Positions 49,439 through 57,535 of a stretch of 64,000 nt of DNA are shown one piece after another. The position numbers and the translations under genes were made by a program. Position 1 is the stretch's first letter. Every line of letters begins with the position of its first letter. Source of the DNA: an uncultured Gemmatimonadaceae bacterium (GTDB lineage Bacteria; Gemmatimonadota; Gemmatimonadetes; Gemmatimonadales; Gemmatimonadaceae); contig CAWAGQ010000013.1 of assembly GCA_963781585.1 (NCBI GenBank), positions 224,001-288,000 on the forward strand, written 5' to 3'. Under the pieces are notes generated by a model, which worked only from the letters and a program-made list of their open reading frames with translations, was not told the origin of the DNA and ran no database searches.

Positions 49439-52400
49439 TTAGTAACGGACGTTCATGCGGAGGGTGTAGTACCGCGGCGGTGCCGCCGTGAGCAGGGTCG
49501 ACTGGGTGTTGCCCTGGCTGTAGTTCTGCTCGGGGTCGGTCGCCGTCCAGTTGGTGAACACGTGGAGATTGCGAATGCCGAACGTGATGTTGGCCCCGCG
49601 GCTGCGGAAAATCCGCGACGCGACGAAATCGCTGAACGTGTAGGTCGCCGACAACTCGCGGATCCGCCAGAACGTGTCGCGTTCGATGTAGCCGGCTGAG
49701 GTCCGGTCGCTGGTGAACCGGTTGGCCATGCCGCGCGCCTGCTCCCAGAGCGGCGCCGACTCGCTGGTGATGTCGAAACAGCCATTGCTCCGCTGCTGGC
49801 AGAGGAACTGGCCTTCGGAATTCAGCACCCGGAACCCGCCCTTGTAGTCCGCCAGCACCGTGACGCGCAGCCGGCGTCCCAGCAGGTCGAGCGAATTGGT
49901 GATCGAATACTCGTCACGCGGCTGGGAGTACCCGAGGAACTTCTGCGCCGTATCGGCGCTGCCGCCGTTGACGTGTACTTCATTCGGCGTGATGATGCCG
50001 TCGCCATTATCGTCGGCCCACGTGAACGGGCGCTCCCAGTAGCCGTTGAGCGGATAACCCGGTGTCTGGCGCGTCGTGGTGCCGATGATCGGCGGGACGT
50101 CGGCACCGGCCGGCGTCTTCCCGAGCGTCACCAGCTTGTTGCTGTTGTGCGACAAGCTGAAGGTGATGTCCCACGTGACATTGCGGGTATCGAACGGCGT
50201 GGCGTTGAGCTGGGTCTCCCACCCCCAGTTCTTCACCGACCCGAGATTCACCAGCTGGCTGTTTGACGACGAGCCGGCCGACGGCGCGATCGTCAGGTTC
50301 ACGAGCGCGTCCTTCGACAGCTTGCTGTAGTACGTCACATCCAGATTCACCCGGTTGCCCAACAGCCGCGAGTCGAAGCCGCCTTCCCACTCGGTCGATC
50401 GCTCGGGCTTGAGCTGATCATTCCCGAGCTGGTTCGACCGGAGACCGCTGATGTCGGTGTTCCCGATGTTGGTCGTCACCACCGAGAACGTCCGGAGCGC
50501 GTCGTTCGGGCCCGGCTGCACGCCCGAGGCGCCAACCGCGGTGCGCAGGCGCAGCTCGTTGAGCCATGAAATGTGCGGGAAGAAGTTCTCGTCCGAGAGG
50601 AGCCACGACAGGGATGCCTTCGGGTAATAGACGCGCTGGAAGTTCGTGCCGAACGCGCTGTTCTGATCGGTGCGGATCGCCGCGGTCAGGAAGAGCCGAT
50701 CGCGGATGGCCGCGTCCTCTTCGACGTACAGCCCGAGCGTCTTGGTCAGCGTCGTGGAGTTGCTGGCGTTCGGGATCGTCCCCGCGCCCGGCGTCTCGGC
50801 ACCTGGTGGAAGCTGCTGTCCCCTGGCCGAATTGCTGAATGAGCTGAACTCGCCGAACTGCGTGCCGAGGATGGTCTTCAGGTTCACCCAGTCAGCGGCC
50901 TGCCAGGAGCTCGCGCTGGTGATATTCGTGGTGATGTTGCGGATGTTCGCGCGGGCATCGGTCGCCGACCCTTCGCGGTTCGTTCCGAAATTGGCGCACT
51001 GCTGGAATCGGCAGAGGACTTCATTCACCCGATCCGACAGGTCCACCCCGACGTCGGCACGGTTCTCCATCCAGGAGAACGGCCGCCAGTCGGCGTTGGC
51101 GCTGGCAATCCCGCGCTGCAGGTTCTGCGAGACCTCGTCCTGGAAGATCTCGGCCGGCGTCGCGAAGGCGTACCCGCGCAGCTGCTGTCCGAGGTTGCCG
51201 ATCCCGCTGTACCCCGGACCCGCTCCCTTCCACCCCGGGCCCATGTCGCCGTTGTACCAGAAGCTGTTCACGTTGTTGTCGACCTGCGGCAACCGCTGAT
51301 TGCTGCGAATGAAGTTCGTATTGAGCGCGAGGTCGAGCCGCGGCGAAACCGACGCATTCAGGTTCGAGCGGAACGACACTTTCTGCAGCGTGTTCGGTTG
51401 CTTCCATGCGTCTGGGAGCCCGGCCTTGAGGGTGTCGAGCCGGAGTCGCGAAAACTCGGGCATGCTGAACACGCCGATCTCGTTCTCGAGATCCCCGGCG
51501 GTGAAGTACCGCACCACGTCGGTGCCGCCACGAATCTGCAAGCCGAACAGGTTGCGGTTCCCGACGTCGATTGGCGTCGTCTCGGGATCGTGCCAGAGGT
51601 CCAACACCGACGTGCTGTCTTTCACGCACGATCCATCGGACAGGTCCTTCAGGAAGCAGGTGCGGGCCGTGGTGGGCGTGGCCGGCGAGTGTCCGAGAAT
51701 CGCGTACTGAACCGGATAGTTGTTGTAATCCTTGATCACTCCACCTTCGGCAAAGGTCGTCCACTCGGCGCGTCCGGCCCGGCCCTTCTTGGTGGTGATC
51801 ACGATGACGCCGTTGGCGGCGTCGGTGCCGTAGAGCGTCGCGGCCGACGGCCCCTTTACGATCTCGATGTTCTCGATTTCATCCGGGCTGAGGTCGTTCA
51901 CCCGATTGTCCGACGTGCCACCGACATTCAGGCCACCGTTGCCTGACGTCATGCGGATGCCATCGATGACGTAGATGGGATCATTGGAGAGCGACAGCGA
52001 CGCGGTCCCGCGAATGCGGATGCGGCTGCCGGCACCGGTCATGTTCGACGGCAGCACCTGCACCCCGGGCGCCTTGGCGACGAGCAGGTCGCCCATCGAG
52101 TTGATCGGTGTCATTGACACCTTCGACGCCGCATCGAGGGAGCTCACCGAGCTGCCGAGCTCCACCCGTCGTACTTCGCCGGTGGCCGTCGTCACGACCG
52201 GCGCCAGCGTGAGCGGAATCTGCTCGAGCGCGAAGTTCGCCGTCGCCTGCTGGCCGGCCGAGACGTTGAGCGACTTCTTCTGCTCGACGAACCCGACCCG
52301 AATCACGCGCACGACGCGAATCCCGGAGGGCACGTTGCGGACGGTAGCATCGCCCTCCTGGTTCGTGAGTCCGCCGAGCGTGGTCCCCACAATCGAGATC

Positions 52401-52552
52401 TGGGCCTGGTCCACTGGAGCGCTGGTTCGCGCATCGGTGACCTTGACTGTGACAGACCCCGTCTGCGCCGATGCCCGAATCGGCGCGATGATGAGAAACG
52501 CAAGCAGGGAAAGACCCGCGGACCACCATGCTGTTCGCACGCTGGACGACAT
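49439..52552 (-). CDS. SusC/RagA-family TonB-dependent receptor
   Basis: IRIRGTASL, PIYVIDG, IENIEIVKGPSAATLYGTDAANGVIVITTKKG, LKPERSTEWEGG, C-terminal aromatic strand; ATG at 52552. Confidence 0.94.
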   Translation of the reverse strand: MSSSVRTAWWSAGLSLLAFLIIAPIRASAQTGSVTVKVTDARTSAPVDQAQISIVGTTLGGLTNQEGDATVRNVPSGIRVVRVIRVGFVEQKKSLNVSAGQQATANFALEQIPLTLAPVVTTATGEVRRVELGSSVSSLDAASKVSMTPINSMGDLLVAKAPGVQVLPSNMTGAGSRIRIRGTASLSLSNDPIYVIDGIRMTSGNGGLNVGGTSDNRVNDLSPDEIENIEIVKGPSAATLYGTDAANGVIVITTKKGRAGRAEWTTFAEGGVIKDYNNYPVQYAILGHSPATPTTARTCFLKDLSDGSCVKDSTSVLDLWHDPETTPIDVGNRNLFGLQIRGGTDVVRYFTAGDLENEIGVFSMPEFSRLRLDTLKAGLPDAWKQPNTLQKVSFRSNLNASVSPRLDLALNTNFIRSNQRLPQVDNNVNSFWYNGDMGPGWKGAGPGYSGIGNLGQQLRGYAFATPAEIFQDEVSQNLQRGIASANADWRPFSWMENRADVGVDLSDRVNEVLCRFQQCANFGTNREGSATDARANIRNITTNITSASSWQAADWVNLKTILGTQFGEFSSFSNSARGQQLPPGAETPGAGTIPNASNSTTLTKTLGLYVEEDAAIRDRLFLTAAIRTDQNSAFGTNFQRVYYPKASLSWLLSDENFFPHISWLNELRLRTAVGASGVQPGPNDALRTFSVVTTNIGNTDISGLRSNQLGNDQLKPERSTEWEGGFDSRLLGNRVNLDVTYYSKLSKDALVNLTIAPSAGSSSNSQLVNLGSVKNWGWETQLNATPFDTRNVTWDITFSLSHNSNKLVTLGKTPAGADVPPIIGTTTRQTPGYPLNGYWERPFTWADDNGDGIITPNEVHVNGGSADTAQKFLGYSQPRDEYSITNSLDLLGRRLRVTVLADYKGGFRVLNSEGQFLCQQRSNGCFDITSESAPLWEQARGMANRFTSDRTSAGYIERDTFWRIRELSATYTFSDFVASRIFRSRGANITFGIRNLHVFTNWTATDPEQNYSQGNTQSTLLTAAPPRYYTLRMNVRY

Positions 52553-52940
52553 GTTGCCTCCGACGCTGGGGGGAGCGACCGTTGCGGTCGGGCACCCGGC
52601 GGGGCTGCCCGACGAACGGCACGCCAACGGAGTGCTGACGGCTTGTGTGGCGGCCATAGCTTCGCACGCCAAATGTTCGGGTGTCAAGTGTTTCGGAGCC
52701 AAAGAGTCGTCTGGTCCCTGTCCCGGGCTGGTGTCTGTGCGATGCCGGCGGGGGGGCGATTCGTCTCCAGCGCCGCTCCCACGCGAGCATCTACGGTGGG
52801 GCTCCGGGCAGTAGCCATTGGCGACCCGCGGCCCCGTCGAGTCGTGTGGCGCCGCAAGTAGTCGGCGGTCTTCGGGCTGTGCGGTGGCGCGCCAACGGTG
52901 GCCGCGTCGCGCTTCGGAGCAACGCGAATGGCGCCCCCCG

Positions 52941-54317
52941 CTAACGCCAGAGCACTTCCTCGCGTGTCACCCGGATGTTGTGGCGCGCGAGGGATGGGAA
53001 GACCATCTCGTACGGGACGTCGAGCGGGGTGAGTACCCCCCGCTTCGGCAGCGCGCCGCGGAGGATCAGTTGCGCTCCGAGGCTCATGGTGTAGCCAACC
53101 GTCCGCTGCATCGACGTGAACCCGGTACGAAAATCCCGGCGGTCCACCAGGTCGTAAACCACCCTGACGCGTTCGGCGCCGCCGGTTCGCCGATCCGGCG
53201 ATCCCACTTGGTCGGCGGAGGAGTTTGGGGGTCCGCGACCCGGCCCCTTCGAAGAGCGCGTTCCCCGTACGTCGACGCGAACAAAGGTCAGATCCGCATC
53301 GCCCTCCCCGTACCGGAACTGCGGCTGCGATGCGAGGACGGCGGCGACGAATTCCGGTGGTGAGACCTGGGCGTCGCCCACGCTGACCGGCCGTTCCTCC
53401 AGAAATCCGCTCTTCACCATCGTGTCCCAGAATGCGCAGTGCCCGGGAAGCCGACCGGTGTATCGTCCCATCTCGCGCACCTGGTCGCGGATCCCGAACA
53501 GCTCCGCGTAGTGCACGGCGTCGCCATTGGGATAGCACTCGAGCGGCGATTCGATCGCCGGAACGTCGATTCGGTGCACGTGCTGCGGCTCGAAAATGCG
53601 TGTGGCATCGATGGTCTCGACCTCGCCGCCCGCGATGAGGCGCGCGGGCCTGTGGTAGGACCTCATGACCCCCAGCGCCGACCACGAGAACCTGTACTTC
53701 AGCGGGTTGTCTCGTGCGCCCGGCGCCGGAATGCCGGCCCCGTAGGCATGGAACTCGTGCACCGCGTCGAGTTCGCTCAGCGCCTGCGCGCCCAGCACCA
53801 GGTCGAGACCCGGATCCAGCCCGAATTCGGTGAGGATGGCGATCCCCTTCTGCTTCGCCACGCGATCGATGTCGCGCACCGCGGCGCGTGCCGCGGCGAT
53901 CTTCGCCGGATCGGGTTCGCCCGGTGAAACGAAGTACATGCTGCTCACGAGGCTCACGCCGCACTCGGCGGCCAGGCGGCCGATCGGGAGCGCGAAGTGG
54001 CCGGGAAGCGCTTCCACGACGACATCGGCATCGTGCATCAGCGCGGCCACGGCTACTTCGTCGCGCGCGTCGACAATGCGACCCGACACGCGGTCGGGTG
54101 GGTATGCGTGGAGCAGCTCCCGGAGCGACGGATCGGCGTCGGCCACGACCACGCGTGCGACGTCGGCCTCACGCGCCAGATCGTGGAGCGCGGCCTTGCC
54201 CTGCATGCCCGCGCCCAGCAGCAGCACCCGGGCGCCTCGCCCGACCGGCGCCACGTCGGTGTCCGGCCTGCCTAACGTGCCGCGACCACGGGAGCGGTGC
54301 TCGCGAACTTCGTCCAC
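52941..54317 (-). CDS. Saccharopine-dehydrogenase / lysine-6-dehydrogenase-family NAD(P)-dependent oxidoreductase
   Basis: Rossmann VLLLGAGMQG, EFGLDPGLD, NPLKYRFSWS, SMQRTVG. Start uncertain because it overlaps the upstream gene. Confidence 0.85.
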   Translation of the reverse strand: MDEVREHRSRGRGTLGRPDTDVAPVGRGARVLLLGAGMQGKAALHDLAREADVARVVVADADPSLRELLHAYPPDRVSGRIVDARDEVAVAALMHDADVVVEALPGHFALPIGRLAAECGVSLVSSMYFVSPGEPDPAKIAAARAAVRDIDRVAKQKGIAILTEFGLDPGLDLVLGAQALSELDAVHEFHAYGAGIPAPGARDNPLKYRFSWSALGVMRSYHRPARLIAGGEVETIDATRIFEPQHVHRIDVPAIESPLECYPNGDAVHYAELFGIRDQVREMGRYTGRLPGHCAFWDTMVKSGFLEERPVSVGDAQVSPPEFVAAVLASQPQFRYGEGDADLTFVRVDVRGTRSSKGPGRGPPNSSADQVGSPDRRTGGAERVRVVYDLVDRRDFRTGFTSMQRTVGYTMSLGAQLILRGALPKRGVLTPLDVPYEMVFPSLARHNIRVTREEVLWR

Positions 54318-55699
54318 GGCCCGGCCGGCATGTCACGCAGGAGCCCGGACATCCACTGGTATTCCGCGTGCTGCGCCAGAAAGGCGTCGGCCTTGAAATC
54401 GCCGCCGCACAGATGGCCGGTCGATGCCCAGAGTTGCATGCCGTCGATCATCGAGGCGTCCGCGACTTTGGCTTGCACCGTGCCGCCCGGGAAGTACGGC
54501 GCCCAGCTCCATTCCGGGATGCCGCGCGGCGAGTCCTCGACCGTGCCACAGAGACTGCGCTCGCTCGGTCCATCGCCCCTGGTGATCACGTCGTACCGGT
54601 CAGCCTCGAACTGCTTCGCGACGTCGACGTCGATCTTCCCCTTCTGCTGGGCCATCACCTGATTCCATCGGGTGTGGCGCGCATTGGGCGAGTTCCCCGT
54701 CTTCGTGTAGTCGAAGGTCGTCTCTTCCCGCGCCAGCTTGGGCTTGACCGGGAAGTTGGAGCCGACGAAGAAGCCGTTCTTCGTGCTGTCCACCGTCCAG
54801 TTCTTCAGGCCCAGCTCGAGGAGCGCGATCTCGCCGGTCTTGTTGTCGCCGATGAGCCAGTCGTTCGCATAGCCGCCGTTGTTGTGATCGGTCATGGTGC
54901 GAACGTAGTCTCCGATCGACTCGGCGTACTGCAGCGCTTTCCGCGACCGATAGAACTCGGGGGTGCCGGTGGTGTCGAAGCCGGCGAAGCCCGCGATGGT
55001 GGTTTCCGTGATCACGATGCCGGCGTCGTTCATGCCGAAGTCGTCGGCGCTCGTGATGACGCCGGGGAGTCCGTCCATCAGGATCCGGTGGCCGTGCGCC
55101 GGCTCGATGTCGAACACGATGTTCCAGCGCTCACCGGTGATGTAATCGGTCCAGGCGTTATGGCCGATCACGATCCGGTGATCGGTGGTCCAGTCGCCGG
55201 TCGCGATGAACGCGCTGCAATTGCCCGGCGCCTTGGCGCTCGCCGGCTGGCCCTGCTGTGCGTCGAGCCACGGGACGTAGTAGCCCGGCAACTCCTCGAC
55301 CGCGTTGAGCGCGACGATATCCCAGCGATCGGCGGCGACCTGGCGTGCGGCGAGGCCCTCCACGATCCCGTCGATTTCGGCCTGGTACTCGGAGTCGATA
55401 CGCGGCCAGAGCATGGTCTGCGCCGCATTTCTATAGAAGGCCCAGTCGCGGTTCGAGGTGTGCTGGAGCAGGGGCTTCTCGACCCGCAGCAGGTCCGCGA
55501 TCTCGCCGGACAGCAGGTACCCATGCTGGAATCCGATCTGCGCAGGGGTTCCGGCGAGGTGTATCTCAATCCAGCCCCCGTTGGTGGACCGCGAGCTCCC
55601 GGCGAGTCGCGGGTCGGTGGAGGAGTCCGCCTTGCGGGCACAGGCGACGATCGAAGCGAGGAGAATGGTCGCGAGAGCAAGAAGTCTGGTATGGCGCAC
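54272..55699 (-). CDS. Lipoprotein Ntn-hydrolase (phospholipase B-like / peptidase C45-like)
   Basis: IVAC lipobox, IGFQHGYLL, autoproteolysis-type site GN-CSAFIA, GHN, SADDF, ITETTI, NNGGYANDWL; GTG at 55699 with GGAGG. Confidence 0.82.
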   Translation of the reverse strand: MRHTRLLALATILLASIVACARKADSSTDPRLAGSSRSTNGGWIEIHLAGTPAQIGFQHGYLLSGEIADLLRVEKPLLQHTSNRDWAFYRNAAQTMLWPRIDSEYQAEIDGIVEGLAARQVAADRWDIVALNAVEELPGYYVPWLDAQQGQPASAKAPGNCSAFIATGDWTTDHRIVIGHNAWTDYITGERWNIVFDIEPAHGHRILMDGLPGVITSADDFGMNDAGIVITETTIAGFAGFDTTGTPEFYRSRKALQYAESIGDYVRTMTDHNNGGYANDWLIGDNKTGEIALLELGLKNWTVDSTKNGFFVGSNFPVKPKLAREETTFDYTKTGNSPNARHTRWNQVMAQQKGKIDVDVAKQFEADRYDVITRGDGPSERSLCGTVEDSPRGIPEWSWAPYFPGGTVQAKVADASMIDGMQLWASTGHLCGGDFKADAFLAQHAEYQWMSGLLRDMPAGPWTKFASTAPVVAAR

Positions 55700-55782
55700 G
55701 ATGTCCTCCCCAGTGCCGGAACGGGTCATGGGTCCACCGCTTGAGAATAGTGCGGCGGCCCGGGAACGCGAGAGCCGCCGGG

Positions 55783-55860
55783 ATAATTGGGGTCAGACGC
55801 GAATGCCGGAAATTCGCGGCTGCCCCCTGATTCTCGGATTTCGAGTCTGACCCCAACTAT
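55783..55860. repeat. Inverted pair of the GGGGTCAGACTCGA-family repeat (REP/MITE-like, 78 bp)
   Basis: ATAATTGGGGTCAGACGCGAA ... TTCGAGTCTGACCCCAACTAT. Confidence 0.85.
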
Positions 55861-55924
55861 GCAATTATCCCACGTGTCTGGACACGACATCGCTCACATC
55901 TCGCGCCGCACCACGCCGGGAGCG

Positions 55925-56182
55925 TCACTCGCCTCCCGGAGTGCCCTCCGCAGCCGCGCGGCGCACTCTCGCCAGCAGTTCCGCGCCGCGCCTGCCGTCG
56001 GCGGCGACGTCGACCCCGGTCAACTGGCGAGCCATCTCGGCGAGGCGGCGCAATGAGCGCACGTATGCCCGGCAGTGTCGACACATGAGCAGATGCATGC
56101 GCACGCCGACACGCTCACGCAGCGACGCGGTGGCGAGTCGGTCGGTTCCAACCAGTTCGACGACCTCTCTACACGGCAACAT
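55925..56182 (-). CDS. Small zinc-finger (zf-HC2/ZAS) anti-sigma factor
   Basis: MLPCREV...HLLMCRHC (HxxxCxxC); overlaps the sigma factor stop. Confidence 0.88.
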   Translation of the reverse strand: MLPCREVVELVGTDRLATASLRERVGVRMHLLMCRHCRAYVRSLRRLAEMARQLTGVDVAADGRRGAELLARVRRAAAEGTPGGE

Positions 56183-56822
56183 CTGCGGTTCCCCGAATTC
56201 CCTTTGATTCCATGCACTCGCGCAATGCGTTCCGCGCCCGAAACAAGACAACGCCCAGGTGATTGCTGGTAAGACCGAGAATCTTACAGATCTCATCGGT
56301 ATTCAGCTGCTCGACCTCGCGCAATACGAACGCGAGCCGCCGACGGTCCGGAAGTCTATCCAGGCACTCCTCCAGCCAACTCATGGCCTGCTTGCCCATG
56401 GTGTATTCGTCCGGGGAGCGTGGCGGGCGAGACCACTGGCCATCCTGGCCGAATCGGGCCTCGAAGACGGCGTCGATATCATCCACCGCCTCTTCGCGCG
56501 CGTTCGCGCGACGGCGCTCCTGGACCTTCCTGTAGAGAATCCCGAAAAGCCAGGCCTTGACCGCAGCACGTCCGTCGTACTCGTGGGCCTTCTGAACAAA
56601 AACCATGAGCGCGTCCTGCACCACGTCCCACGCCGCGTCGTCGGAAAGTCCTGACGCGAGCGCCACGCGCCGCAGCGGCCCCAGGTTTTCGCGTGCGATC
56701 TCCTCGAGCACAGCGGGATCACGCCGACGGACGGCGTCGACCCAATCTGGTTCCTGCTGGGGAACGGACACGACCGGAAGGTGAGCGAGGGACGTGTGTA
56801 ATGCCACGCTCCCACGGTGCAA
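56169..56822 (-). CDS. ECF RNA polymerase sigma factor
   Basis: AWDVVQDA, KAWLFGILYRK (region 2); LPDRRRLAFVLREVEQLNTDEICKILG...LFRARNALREC (region 4). Start uncertain. Confidence 0.92.
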   Translation of the reverse strand: MHRGSVALHTSLAHLPVVSVPQQEPDWVDAVRRRDPAVLEEIARENLGPLRRVALASGLSDDAAWDVVQDALMVFVQKAHEYDGRAAVKAWLFGILYRKVQERRRANAREEAVDDIDAVFEARFGQDGQWSRPPRSPDEYTMGKQAMSWLEECLDRLPDRRRLAFVLREVEQLNTDEICKILGLTSNHLGVVLFRARNALRECMESKGIRGTADVAV

Positions 56823-56893
56823 TTACTGTCGTCCATGTCGCGCGAGCACTACTGCGCGACGCAGCACCACTGGAAATGCGCGGAGGAGTGCAT

Positions 56894-57337
56894 ATGTCTG
56901 GAAGAATTCGCCTCGGAACCATTGCCGGCGTCGGCGGTGGAGTGGTGTTTGGAATGTTGATGGCAATGATGGGCATGTTGCCCACGATCGCCGGGATGGT
57001 GGGATCCACCTCGGCCGTGGTGGGATTCCTGATTCACCTCATCATCAGCGCTATCATCGGTGCGGGATTTGGCCTCGTGTTCGGCAGGGCGGCGGGCTCG
57101 GTCCCAGGCGCGTTGACTGCCGGTGCCGCGTACGGCGTGATCTGGTGGGTCCTCGGCCCGCTCACGCTCATGCCCCTGATGATGGGGATGGGTCTGGGTT
57201 CGCAGTGGAACAGCGCCGCGATCGCGAACGCCATGCCGAGTCTCATGGGCCACGTGATCTACGGACTTGTCACCGGATTCATCTACCTGAAGCTACCCTA
57301 CCGCCACTTGCACAATGCTGCCGTGCGGACCGCCTGA
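56894..57337 (+). CDS. Small 4-TM Met/Gly-rich membrane protein with two intramembrane His
   Basis: GGAGGAG RBS; GFLIHLIISAIIG and SLMGHVIYGLVTG helices. Confidence 0.8.
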   Translation: MSGRIRLGTIAGVGGGVVFGMLMAMMGMLPTIAGMVGSTSAVVGFLIHLIISAIIGAGFGLVFGRAAGSVPGALTAGAAYGVIWWVLGPLTLMPLMMGMGLGSQWNSAAIANAMPSLMGHVIYGLVTGFIYLKLPYRHLHNAAVRTA

Positions 57338-57348
57338 GCCGCAAATGT

Positions 57349-57377
57349 GCCCCCGCATGGCGCTACAATGCGGGGGC
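57349..57377. terminator. Hairpin downstream of the membrane protein gene
   Basis: 10-bp stem GCCCCCGCAT / ATGCGGGGGC; no U-tract. Confidence 0.45.
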
Positions 57378-57535
57378 CTCGCGCCCCGTTGCTCCCGTCG
57401 GGGCGACCTCGAGACCGAACGAGGTCTGTCCACCAGTGACAGACGCAATGAGATCCGACGGACAAGGCTCTCCCGAAGACTACGTTGCGGGATGCGGTAA
57501 CCTGCGGTGGAGCAGCAGGCCAGCGGCTTACCGGA

